This document shows positions 51,058-60,450 of a stretch of DNA of 64,000 nt, in pieces. Each line of letters begins with the position of its first letter. The first letter of the stretch is position 1. The position numbers were made by a program, and so were the translations under genes. This stretch comes from a virus (taxonomy: Duplodnaviria > Heunggongvirae > Uroviricota > Caudoviricetes). The stretch is from IMG/VR virus record IMGVR_UViG_3300020451_002055; one strand, given 5' to 3'. Below the pieces are notes generated by a model that was given only the letters and a program-made list of their open reading frames with translations, was not told the origin of the DNA and made no database searches.

Positions 51058-51708
51058 TCAGGCGGTCGCCGTCTGATTCGGTGTTAGGGCTGCGAAGAAC
51101 TGGTCCGCTCGAACAAGCAGCATGTCCGTTGTCTCGTAGTGGTCCGGTTCCTCGTCGCTCATGGCGATGGACGATGTGCCGTAGATCGAGGAGCCGATCA
51201 GCAAATCCTCATCGACATCGGGAGCGCCGATACAGATGGGGGCGACGAAGAACTCGCCTCGCTTGACGAACAGCCCGATGGGAACCGTATCGCCAGGAAT
51301 CTGTCCCCAGTCGATCTCGTTCGCCAACTTCGTGATCATGGGGACGAGCCGTTCCTTCGCCATCTCCATCTTGACCTTGCCGCCCGAATCTTGGAACTCG
51401 GGCGTGATGTCCTCATAGCCGAGGCGGATCAGGAGTTTGACGAATGCGTTGGGAGTCCAACCCTTCGTATCGGACATGGCCTGAACCATGTCGTTGCAGG
51501 CGAGCAACGCTTGCGTGCTGTCATCGAAGGCAGCGATGCGAGCGGTCGGACCGCTGAGGTCATGGAACTCGACGCAGAACTCGCAGAGGAACTCATCGGA
51601 GTCATCGTAGAGTTGGATCATGATGTCGTCGAAGTAGTCCCGGTTGTTGAGGGCCGACTTGCCGTACCATGCTCTGCTTGATTGGATGAACTTGATCTTC
51701 ATGCTCAA
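51058..51708 (-). CDS. Hypothetical protein
   Basis: 216 aa, overlaps upstream stop. Confidence 0.6.
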   Translation of the reverse strand: MSMKIKFIQSSRAWYGKSALNNRDYFDDIMIQLYDDSDEFLCEFCVEFHDLSGPTARIAAFDDSTQALLACNDMVQAMSDTKGWTPNAFVKLLIRLGYEDITPEFQDSGGKVKMEMAKERLVPMITKLANEIDWGQIPGDTVPIGLFVKRGEFFVAPICIGAPDVDEDLLIGSSIYGTSSIAMSDEEPDHYETTDMLLVRADQFFAALTPNQTATA

Positions 51709-52499
51709 CCCTTGTCGTCGTCAGAGTTCGGTGAGTCCTCGGGAACGCCAGCGGCCTCCAGCAGTTCGACATCATCCTTGGCAATCCAGGGAACAAGGTC
51801 TTGGAGTTCCGCCAGTTCCTCCATGCTGATGCGTTCGGCTCTCAACTCGCCTCGAAGATACTCCAAACGGGCAAGGTTCTTCTCGTCCGTATCGTCCTTG
51901 CGATGATACCATGTTCGCCGCTCGTCGTGCCCGAGAATGTAATGATCTCCCTTGTAGACATACTCGGCCTCATGTCCCTCGTTGTCCTCGCCGCAGGGCC
52001 ATTCGCCGATGCACTCGCCCAAGTCGAGGATGTCATCTCGATCAGGAAGTCGCTCAGAGTCAAGCGGATCAGGGCGACCGAGTACGTCAACAAAGAAGTT
52101 GCGGATGGCTGTCGCTGCATGGCTCGTGTCCTCTCGATCCTCGTCCGCCCGGATGAGATCGGCAACGGAATCGAGGAGATCGTCCATCCGGCTCCGAGAA
52201 CCAGCAGGGCAGCCGCAGTTGACGCAGTTGCCTCCCGGATCAGTCGTGCAGGGCTCGCAAACGCAAGGGGCCTCTCGAAGATGAGGAGCGGCATGTTCCC
52301 ACCATGCGTCCATCTCGGACTCATGGAACTCAAACTCATCGGCCTGAGTCGGGATCTCGTCGGCATGTTCAGTCGTACCCGGAAGGTAGAAGAACACCTC
52401 TCGATTACCATTGCGTGCCTCAATGAGAAGCAGATCGACCGTCAGTTCGCGGTCATGGATGTTGCAGATGTCGAACGATGGTAGGAATGCTGTTTTCAT
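51705..52499 (-). CDS. Hypothetical acidic protein with Cys cluster
   Basis: CVCEPC...CVNCGC. Confidence 0.6.
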   Translation of the reverse strand: MKTAFLPSFDICNIHDRELTVDLLLIEARNGNREVFFYLPGTTEHADEIPTQADEFEFHESEMDAWWEHAAPHLREAPCVCEPCTTDPGGNCVNCGCPAGSRSRMDDLLDSVADLIRADEDREDTSHAATAIRNFFVDVLGRPDPLDSERLPDRDDILDLGECIGEWPCGEDNEGHEAEYVYKGDHYILGHDERRTWYHRKDDTDEKNLARLEYLRGELRAERISMEELAELQDLVPWIAKDDVELLEAAGVPEDSPNSDDDKG

Positions 52500-53085
52500 G
52501 CCCTACAGGAGTCATGTCATGCGTTCGGTGCGATCGTAGATGTCCTTGGCGGTAGCGACAGCCCTCTCTCCGACGAACTCGGGCCGACCGCCGTTTTCAG
52601 GGCTGCTCTGCATGTGAGCGGCGATGGTCGTCGCCATCTCCCGAATGATCGCCTTCTTCTGCTGCTCCGGAGTCTGAACCACTGCACTCATCTTTCGTCT
52701 CCTTCGCGGGAATGGAGAAGATGTTCCGCCATGCCTCGCGATGCTCTTGTTCCAGGTATTGTTCGAGATCGCTGCAACGCTGGCGAACAGCCTCGTATGC
52801 CTCGCCGCAGCCCTTGGCCTTGATGATGCAAACAGCCTGAGCGAAGTCAGACATGGGCATACCGAAACCCGCAAGTTCAACCATGAACCCGAGCAGTTCG
52901 ATGTCCCGACCAAGCCGGGTTCCATCCAGTTTGAGGAAATGAGCCGACTCCATCTCGGGATCCTGCGTCTCATCGCCTTCAGCATAGACAAGACGAACCC
53001 GTCCGCCTGAGTTTGACTCAAGCGTTCGGCAAATGTCAAGCAGTTCTGCTACGAACTCATCGCGCCGTTCAGCCATGCGTGGATT

Positions 53086-53652
53086 TTACTCGGGCTTGGC
53101 CGCACCTGTATGCCGAACAAGATACTGATCCCATTCGTTTCGACTGATCGACTTGAATCCCAGGTCCGAAAAGATGCCATTGACCGCATCGGTCATCATG
53201 TACTGGGGCTCCGTATCTCCGATGCCTGTATTTGCATGATGATCGTCGAAGAACGACATGAGATGGGCAAGAAGCGTCATCGACTCCTTGAAGGAAAGGC
53301 TTTGAATCGCATCCCTGTAGCGAGCGAGAGCCCGAGCGCAAATCTCATCGCCAGTCCAACCCTTGCCCCATGTGCCCGGCGACTTGCAAGTCGAAGGAAC
53401 ATCGCGGTAGCAATCGAACTCGATGTCGGGAAACAGTTCTTGAGGGCTCTTAGCGTCTGACCAATGCGGACCCGTAAGCATCTGGTCGAGCAGAGGGCTC
53501 GCAACAGGCCGCTCCTTCAGAATATTCTCGGCCTCAGCGATCAACTCAGAGATGCGGGCCTCCTCTTCAGGCGTAGAAGCCTTGACGTTCAGCGCTCCGG
53601 CTTCAGCGGCAAGGATGAGGGCTCGATACTTGGTGATCCTGCTGATGTTCAT
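53086..53652 (-). CDS. Hypothetical protein
   Basis: 188 aa after dispersed element. Confidence 0.6.
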   Translation of the reverse strand: MNISRITKYRALILAAEAGALNVKASTPEEEARISELIAEAENILKERPVASPLLDQMLTGPHWSDAKSPQELFPDIEFDCYRDVPSTCKSPGTWGKGWTGDEICARALARYRDAIQSLSFKESMTLLAHLMSFFDDHHANTGIGDTEPQYMMTDAVNGIFSDLGFKSISRNEWDQYLVRHTGAAKPE

Positions 53653-54095
53653 GGTCTTCAGTCCTGCCCGTTTCTATTCGGTGTTGGGTTCACTCATCTT
53701 TCCCGCGAAGAAAGCCCTCGGATGAGGGCGTGTAGGATCAAGCTGCTTGCTGGTTCTTCTTGGCCGTTGAAATCAGCCGGACTGCTGTAGCAAGCGTGGC
53801 AGCGAGCATGAGCCAGCCGGGGAAGACGACCGCAGGGATGACCTCTCCGCCGAGAACCTGAGAGAACGGAGCAGCGAGCGAATGGCCTACGAGGGACAAC
53901 GACTCGCTGATGAAACCGTCGAGTCCGACGTTCTCGATGAACAGCCCAACAGCAAAGGCAATCGCCGTGAATACCGGCAAGCAGAACGCGCATGTCAGTC
54001 CGGCATACAGGGCTCGGAAGCGATGACGCTCGAACTTGAAAAAGATGTAGACGGCGGCGGCAACGGTAAGAAGACTTGCAAGCATGATGGCCTCC

Positions 54096-54299
54096 TTAGT
54101 CCCGACCGTAGACGCCGTTCCAAGTTCCCTTCTGAGAGGACTTGTCGCGAGTCCCCTCTGAAGCGTCCTTGACATCTCGGGCGACTCCGCCAACAAAATC
54201 GGCAAAGCCCGAAACGGTGGAGCAGCCTCCTGCGAAGACTGCAAAGGACAAGATGGCGAGCGCAGGCACCATACGACGAGTAACGGAACGTTTCATCAC
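54096..54299 (-). CDS. Small lipoprotein, entericidin-like
   Basis: Signal peptide, lipobox FAGG-C, then STVSG...DVKDA. Confidence 0.55.
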   Translation of the reverse strand: MMKRSVTRRMVPALAILSFAVFAGGCSTVSGFADFVGGVARDVKDASEGTRDKSSQKGTWNGVYGRD

Positions 54300-54420
54300 A
54301 TACTCCTTCGAGTATCTATGACGAGTAGCTCCGCTTCACAGTCATGGTCAGGTTTTTGAAGGCGACATCCTGTTGCCTCTTATCCCTAGACAGCCTGACT
54401 TGACAATGTTCGGTGACTGG

Positions 54421-55197
54421 TTATGCGGACGCAACCATTGCTTCTTCTGATCGACGGGTAGAAAGCTGACCCATGCGGGCAACGGCCTTGTCCGCTCGTT
54501 CCCTTGCCTCCATGACCATGATCTGAGCTTCTTCGAGATCATTCATGGCCGCGCGGTACTCCGCCATGGCCTCGTCAACCTCGCTGTCGCCGGTCTTGGG
54601 CAGGTCTGTCTTGGGCTTCGGCTTCGGAGCTTCATCGACATGGACTGCCTTCGGCTTGGGTTCTGATCCGGTATCAGTCTTTGGCTTGGGCTCTTCCTTG
54701 GGTTGCCATTTGGCAAGCAGAGCTTCCGCCCTTTCAAGGGGAACGACTTCGATCCGCTCTTGATCGGCTAGTTGAGCGAACCTCTTAGATCGCTTCATGC
54801 CGCCAATACCCATATTAGCCTTGCTGATGTTCTCATATACCATGGCATGTTCCATCGTCTTAATGAAACCCATCTGAGAACCGGCCCAAACTAGGCTATC
54901 TTCTAAGTCTACGATGGCATACTTCATTTCTTCCTCGCGTAAAACAACGCCGTCCCGCTGCATACGGTCGGCGTTCTTTGATTTCCATGGTTTGATGGCG
55001 GATAGAGGAATACGCTCTGTCTTGCGATGGCGTAGACCTGGCTTGACAATTCCGTAGTCGCCTTCTACATCTAATAGAAGACCGCCGCCCCAATGGGTCT
55101 TGTCCTCTAAATGATCATGACGAATCCAAGCGTACCCGGACTCAATCAGTGCCCGAGCCTCTTGGGGAGTCATCCCTTTATCTGTTTGCTGAGCCAT
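54421..55197 (-). CDS. Hypothetical multidomain protein
   Basis: 258 aa, P/K linker, coiled-coil end. Confidence 0.6.
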   Translation of the reverse strand: MAQQTDKGMTPQEARALIESGYAWIRHDHLEDKTHWGGGLLLDVEGDYGIVKPGLRHRKTERIPLSAIKPWKSKNADRMQRDGVVLREEEMKYAIVDLEDSLVWAGSQMGFIKTMEHAMVYENISKANMGIGGMKRSKRFAQLADQERIEVVPLERAEALLAKWQPKEEPKPKTDTGSEPKPKAVHVDEAPKPKPKTDLPKTGDSEVDEAMAEYRAAMNDLEEAQIMVMEARERADKAVARMGQLSTRRSEEAMVASA

Positions 55198-55289
55198 GCT
55201 CTCTCATTGTAGTCGAAGAACGGAACGGTCAGATGAAAAACGAAGCGCCGCCTCTTGACGACGCCTCGCTGGAGGAGGGGATCCGTGGG

Positions 55290-55811
55290 TCAGGCGGTCG
55301 CCTGCTGCTTCGTCCATTCGATGAACGCAGCCTCCGGCTTCTTCTTCTGGGCGTCGAGGAACTCGCTGACGATCTCGGCCTTCCGCTGAGTCGTCATGTC
55401 GTCGATCTCCTCGCCGTCGTCGCCGTAGCCGAACTCCATCGCCGTCAGGCAGTAGGTGTTGAGCTTCGTCATGTTCGCCGTCAGCGTGCTGACATTCTCA
55501 GCGTACTCGATGGCGAGCTTGCGAACCTCTTCGGCTCCCTCGACCTCATCCGCCGCCTGCTGAGCGAGTGCATAGCTGATGCAGCCGCTCATCATGGCGA
55601 GGACATGCGGGTCCGTCGTCAGGAGGGGTTGCAGCGACTTGAAGCCGCCCTTGACGGTGTAGCTGCGAGCGGTGGCTCCGGCAACGCCATCGGCTTCGAG
55701 GGCGCTGACGAGCGAGGCGATGTCATCCGCCGAGGCGATCTCGATCGCGTCGATCTCTTCGGTCTGCTCGCCATCGGTCGCCGTTGCGGTCTGTCCTTTG
55801 TCTTCTGCCAT
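55290..55811 (-). CDS. Hypothetical acidic protein
   Basis: 173 aa, AGGAG RBS, terminator downstream. Confidence 0.65.
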   Translation of the reverse strand: MAEDKGQTATATDGEQTEEIDAIEIASADDIASLVSALEADGVAGATARSYTVKGGFKSLQPLLTTDPHVLAMMSGCISYALAQQAADEVEGAEEVRKLAIEYAENVSTLTANMTKLNTYCLTAMEFGYGDDGEEIDDMTTQRKAEIVSEFLDAQKKKPEAAFIEWTKQQATA

Positions 55812-55979
55812 CGGTTTGTCTCCTTGGGTTGGGGATGGTCTTTGACATTGTACTCAGCGAACAGATTCGGTGCCACTGTCGCCTCGTTGATTTCCCTATT
55901 GTTTCACCCCCAACTGCCACCTGCAAGCGCTCAGGCATAGATTTCCGACAGGACCGCCGAAAATTGCGCTCATGGCACG

Positions 55980-56018
55980 AAAAAACCCCTTCGGACCTTT
56001 CGGCTACCGAAGGGGTTT
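55980..56018 (-). terminator. Intrinsic terminator closing the ncRNA locus
   Basis: AAACCCCTTCGG...CCGAAGGGGTTTTTT on minus strand. Confidence 0.7.
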
Positions 56019-56029
56019 GATCATTCTAC

Positions 56030-56490
56030 CTCGCCATCCGCTCGACCCTTGGGGATTGCTCCCCTCTTTGAGCGGCCTTGATCCCGACAGCCGTGCCCGC
56101 CGAAGCGAACATGACCTTCCGTTGTCGGAACCTGTTTCGTCGCCAAGGGATGACGACTAAGGCTCGGTACCAGTCCGGCTGTTTACTTCCGGCTGGTCAA
56201 CAAGGTTGTTCGCCGTGCCAGGGGTTTCCCCGAGGGGTAGGCGAGTCCTTGATGAAACCCTACTGAGCTTTTTACGACTCAGTAGAATATAGGCTCGTAT
56301 CCGCAACAGCCCAAGGCGGGGTGACTGTATTGGCTCTTGCCTATCTGCTTCAGGAATAGGGCAGTCCGCTTGCCATCCATCCGCAGTCGAGGAGTACCTT
56401 TCGGATTCCTCTAAACCACTCAGTCAGCCGAAACTGGCTGAGTAGTTACCGTCCATCTCTCTGCATGTCGCCATGCGGAGCGTGGGTCCG
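56030..56490 (-). ncRNA. Candidate large structured RNA
   Basis: No credible ORF; stems CTACTGAG/CTCAGTAG, ACTCAGCCAG/CTGACTGAGT, GAGGA..CCGAAAGG..TCCTC, GGGGAAACCCC, GGGGA-GCAA-TCCCC. Confidence 0.55.
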
Positions 56491-56492
56491 GT

Positions 56493-56714
56493 CACATGCT
56501 TGGGACTTTCTCAAGCCCTTCTGCTCTAGGCGAGTTTCCCTTTCGGTTCCTCGCTCGCTCAAGAATCAGGTCAAGACCTAAGAGTTGAGCGTCTTGAGTT
56601 ACATGCCCGCCTTCCGGTTGGCATTTGGCTCAGCCTAGCGCTTTTGACCCTTTCTGCAAGCAGGGTTGGGTCGCAGCATATGTCTAGAGGTATGGGCCTC
56701 GCGGCTTGGCCTCT
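56493..56714 (-). ncRNA. Structured RNA, tandem copy A
   Basis: Homologous to 56796-57018 with covarying stems and GNRA loops. Confidence 0.7.
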
Positions 56715-56795
56715 ATAAACCATTCGGACTGGCGAACCAGACCGAACAGTTGTCGCTCTCTGTCAAGCTCGTCGCCGAGCAAGATAAGTAGCGGC

Positions 56796-57018
56796 CACAT
56801 GCTTTCCGACTCTCTCAAGCCGGTATGCCCCAAGCAGGTTTACCTTTCGGTTCCCTACTCGCTCAACCGTCATCAGCAAGCTGATAGCGGACTGAGGCGT
56901 GCCCGTTCCTTCAAGATGTTTCCATCTAGTCAGGTCAGAGCCTTGGAGTGGAGCCCCTTTGCAAGCAGGTCGGGACTCCGCATATGTCGAGAGGTGTGGG
57001 CCTCGCAGCTTGGCCTCT
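56796..57018 (-). ncRNA. Structured RNA, tandem copy B
   Basis: Homologous to 56493-56714. Confidence 0.7.
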
Positions 57019-57309
57019 CTAAAGCCGTCTCAAGGTTTGACCCTTGCGACGACTGAACCGGGTTCTTCACAACTCTCGGGTAGGTTTGCCCGATTGGTTC
57101 CAGAAGCAGGCGGTTCCCTCTACAGCTTACTGACAGTTTGCGTCTGCCGTTCGTCTGCGTCGGTGAGTGCCTTCCCTTAGTAGCCTCTGGTCCTTTCTGC
57201 GAGCCGGTTTGCTCGCCGAGTTGTGGAGGTAAGCTTAGCCGACCATGAAGGGTTCGTCAAGCTGCCGGTCAAAAGAAATCGTCCTTCCGACGCGAATTCC
57301 TTGAGGCAT

Positions 57310-58089
57310 TCACGCTTGACCCTTGGGGAGAAACAACTTAGGCATCGCGACTTTATTCCCGCTCTCCCATGCAGGTGACACCTTCGGCTTCTGAGGCTTA
57401 TTAGGGCCTGTTGGCGAGCTGTGGATATCCTCTCGGTTGCCGCCAATCGCTGTCATGTCGCACTCATCTTCTTCGACTACGCCGTTGACAACGCTGAACT
57501 CCTGGTATGTTTCGCTCTCGCCAACGAGCGCTCGAACGTGCATGACGGTTTCGGGACTGACTTCGATCTCGATGACGTTCCCTTCAAGCTCCCGCCAGTT
57601 GCCGCCGTTGGAAGTGCAGACTCCCTTCCATTCGTAGTAGTGCGGCTCGTAATGGCTCTGCTCATTCAACCAGTATTGGTTGGGCATCTGGCTGACATCG
57701 CCATCGAGTCCGGCAAGGATCCTGTCGTATCTGTCTCTGTCCGTCTCGAAGACTTTGTTCCCGCCGATGTCATCGAGGATGTAGCCGAAGCCATTGCTTC
57801 CGCCGAACGCTTTTTGCCGTTGTCTCCATTCGGACTCGGTAATGCGGTCGTTGATGAAGTCATCCCATGCAGCATCATCTCTTGGCGGATCAGCAAGCGT
57901 GCCCGGGTCGATTGGGGTCCGCGGGCGATCAATGACCTTCTGACTGATGGCTCCGAAGAAGATGACAGTTCCGCCGTTGACGACTGGCGATTCTGTAGGA
58001 TCGCTGAGCTTGTAGATTTCAAGCCATCTTGGGCTGTCAACCTTCAGCACGGTATCGGTTAGCTCGAACAGCATGTAGTTCCCCTTCAA
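57310..58089 (-). CDS. Hypothetical protein
   Basis: 259-aa ORF. Confidence 0.6.
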   Translation of the reverse strand: MKGNYMLFELTDTVLKVDSPRWLEIYKLSDPTESPVVNGGTVIFFGAISQKVIDRPRTPIDPGTLADPPRDDAAWDDFINDRITESEWRQRQKAFGGSNGFGYILDDIGGNKVFETDRDRYDRILAGLDGDVSQMPNQYWLNEQSHYEPHYYEWKGVCTSNGGNWRELEGNVIEIEVSPETVMHVRALVGESETYQEFSVVNGVVEEDECDMTAIGGNREDIHSSPTGPNKPQKPKVSPAWESGNKVAMPKLFLPKGQA

Positions 58090-58199
58090 GTAAAACGAAA
58101 AGCTCCTCCCCCGTGGCCGGAGAAGGAGCCGCCGTTGTCAAGGAGACGATCTGGCTGTTACGCTAAGCGTAGCCTCTGTCGTCCCCTTGATCAACGGTA

Positions 58200-58511
58200 T
58201 TACGCCCGCGATTCAAGCTCCCCCAACGAGGCTCCCCCTCGGCTTGTCGCGGCGTTGGCTGAAGCAGAGTCGGCGGAGTTCGCGTCGCCGAACTGCTGCT
58301 CCAAGCGATCGTAAACGGCGTTGCTCAACGCGATCGAGTCTGCGGCGATCTGATCGAACGCTGCTTGGTCGCCCGCTGCGGGCTGACGAACTCGGATCAA
58401 CTCGGAAATACTGGTCAGGATGATGTTGATGTCGCCATTGAACATCGGAACCCCGCTGAAGGCTGAGGCCAACGCTTCTGGCGTGAACTGAGTTGGAAAC
58501 GGACTAGTCAT
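58200..58511 (-). CDS. Hypothetical protein
   Basis: 103 aa, AAGGGA RBS. Confidence 0.55.
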   Translation of the reverse strand: MTSPFPTQFTPEALASAFSGVPMFNGDINIILTSISELIRVRQPAAGDQAAFDQIAADSIALSNAVYDRLEQQFGDANSADSASANAATSRGGASLGELESRA

Positions 58512-58661
58512 GTTCTGATTCCCTTTTCATTGAGGAATGCAGAACGTAATCGAAACCGGTTACACTTTCAGAAGTCGCGGTTCTGCTTCCACGCTCGACG
58601 GGACTGCTTGGGCGTAGGCTTGCCTCCCCAAGTCTTTGCCCGGACACGACCGACCTGACGC

Positions 58662-59015
58662 TCATGGGCGAGTCTCTGTTCCCGATGGGCTGCTGCCATC
58701 TGTTTCAGGATGTTTCGCTTCTTGCGTTTCATGGTCTTTGTTGTTCGGCTGAATGTACCCGAACTCCTCCTCTACATCCTTGCAGACCTTCTCTGCGTCG
58801 GTGATCGAGGAGCGCCATCCCTTCGCCCGCATCCGACTGAGCCATCCTCCACTCATCTTTCCATTCTGTCCGCGAATGGTCTTGATGAGGTCGTTCTGCA
58901 TGATCTCTTCGTGCCTGAGAGATTCAGACCAGTTGTCCGCTGCCTTCTCGATAAGGAACCGGATTTCCACAGGCCATGCGTCGTCGATCGCGGACCGTAA
59001 CTCGTCGGGCGTCAT
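58662..59015 (-). CDS. Hypothetical protein
   Basis: 117-aa ORF. Confidence 0.55.
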   Translation of the reverse strand: MTPDELRSAIDDAWPVEIRFLIEKAADNWSESLRHEEIMQNDLIKTIRGQNGKMSGGWLSRMRAKGWRSSITDAEKVCKDVEEEFGYIQPNNKDHETQEAKHPETDGSSPSGTETRP

Positions 59016-59118
59016 ACATTTGCATCGACAGCCGCTTGGGTTGTCCGCATGTTGTCCACGAAAAAGACCGCCCCTCCGAAGAGAAGCGGTCTTCTCGATG
59101 CCGAGAAGTTGACGCTGC

Positions 59119-59739
59119 TTAGGCCGAAGCCGCAGCCGTGCCCTTCTTGGCGGTGGACTTCTTCGCCGCCGTCTTCTTCTTGGCAGCGGGCTTGGACTTG
59201 GGGACGATCTCGGAAGCGTCCTCGATGCCGAGGTCGGTCATGACGGAGTTGTAGATACCGGCCTTCTGGTCCTTCTTGATCTCCGCCGGACGCTCGTTGA
59301 GGAAGCGGCGGGCCATGTCGATCGCCTTCTGAGCCGCAGCGGGATCGCCGCCCTCGCCCATCTGCTCGGCGAACGCCTTGTTCCCCTTCTGCGCCGCCCG
59401 CTGCGAGAGAACCTCGCCGCCCTGCAGGATCATGAGGGCGATGGACTCGTTCGAGAGGCGGAGAACGCCATCGGGGTGGATGAAGCCGTCCTGGTTGTAG
59501 TGCTGACGACCGTACTTCTCGTCGGCGCTGAACTTGCGGGCGACGGGGCCGAAGAACTCGGTGACGTGGTTGACGGCAGCCTTGATCGCATCAGCGCTGT
59601 TGTCGAGAACGACGCGGGCCTTCGTGACGTTCTTGTTCGTCTCGCGGCGGCTCTCGTGGTACTTGGGCTGAGCGACGGTCCGGTTCGTCGAACGCTTGAT
59701 GCGGGGTTTGCGGGTCTTCTTTGCGGTCTTCTTCGCCAT
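59119..59739 (-). CDS. Protein with histone H1-like K/A-rich tails
   Basis: MAKKTAKKTRKPRIKR...KPAAKKKTAAKKSTAKKG; AAGGAG RBS. Confidence 0.65.
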   Translation of the reverse strand: MAKKTAKKTRKPRIKRSTNRTVAQPKYHESRRETNKNVTKARVVLDNSADAIKAAVNHVTEFFGPVARKFSADEKYGRQHYNQDGFIHPDGVLRLSNESIALMILQGGEVLSQRAAQKGNKAFAEQMGEGGDPAAAQKAIDMARRFLNERPAEIKKDQKAGIYNSVMTDLGIEDASEIVPKSKPAAKKKTAAKKSTAKKGTAAASA

Positions 59740-59867
59740 GGTTGTCTCCTTTGGCATCGAAATGGGTCGTGCGAAGACTCCTTTGCCTTCGCCTCGTTGA
59801 CAACGAACAGTTGGCCTCGCCAGTATTCGGTGATCCTACCAGCGGGTCAAGTCTGATCGTCAGAAAA

Positions 59868-60413
59868 TCAGTTCCAGACAATGATTTCGCGGAGAAGAGA
59901 GTGCCCGCCGTAGTCAGAGATCAAACGCTCGATCTCCGACTCAACGCCCTCCCGAATCTCCGTAACATCAGCGTCATCATCGAGTTCCATGATGTCGGCG
60001 AAGATGCCGTCATCCATCTGACGCAGATTGCCCTGAGCCAAGTTCAGATCGCAGACGGTCGCAGCGGCCTCGTTGACAGTCATGTTCTCATGGCCGTAGA
60101 TTTCGCCCTCAAGGAACGCCTTGGCCTCGGGTGTCATCGGAGCAGCAAAGCCAGACTTGTAGCGGCTGACCTTGATCTGCTCCATCTCGCCGACGACCGT
60201 CATGCGATCGAGACGGATCGGCTCGCTGCGGTCGATGCCGCCCTCGCTGTCCGGGTTCTCGTCGAGCAGGATGACAGTCGAGTCGCTGACCTTCTCCATG
60301 CCAAAGGCGTAGTCCTTGCCGAGTTGAGGCCGCAAAGGGGTCTCGTCTCCGCTGAACTCGATGGGGTCGGAGGAGTTGAACCGAACGATGACTTGTTTGG
60401 GAATGGTGATCAT
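59868..60413 (-). CDS. Hypothetical acidic protein
   Basis: 181-aa ORF. Confidence 0.6.
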   Translation of the reverse strand: MITIPKQVIVRFNSSDPIEFSGDETPLRPQLGKDYAFGMEKVSDSTVILLDENPDSEGGIDRSEPIRLDRMTVVGEMEQIKVSRYKSGFAAPMTPEAKAFLEGEIYGHENMTVNEAAATVCDLNLAQGNLRQMDDGIFADIMELDDDADVTEIREGVESEIERLISDYGGHSLLREIIVWN

Positions 60414-60450
60414 GTCGATCAGCAGTCTAGTCGGGTCGTCGGTGAATTGA

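Noticed and set aside
27550-53700. Classical integron attC array
   Set aside because: The element lacks RYYYAAC/GTTRRRY cores and no integrase is in the window; genes have their own terminators
57040-57075. RNase P RNA (AGAACCCGG on minus strand)
   Set aside because: The conserved 5' GAGGAAAGTCC partner is absent
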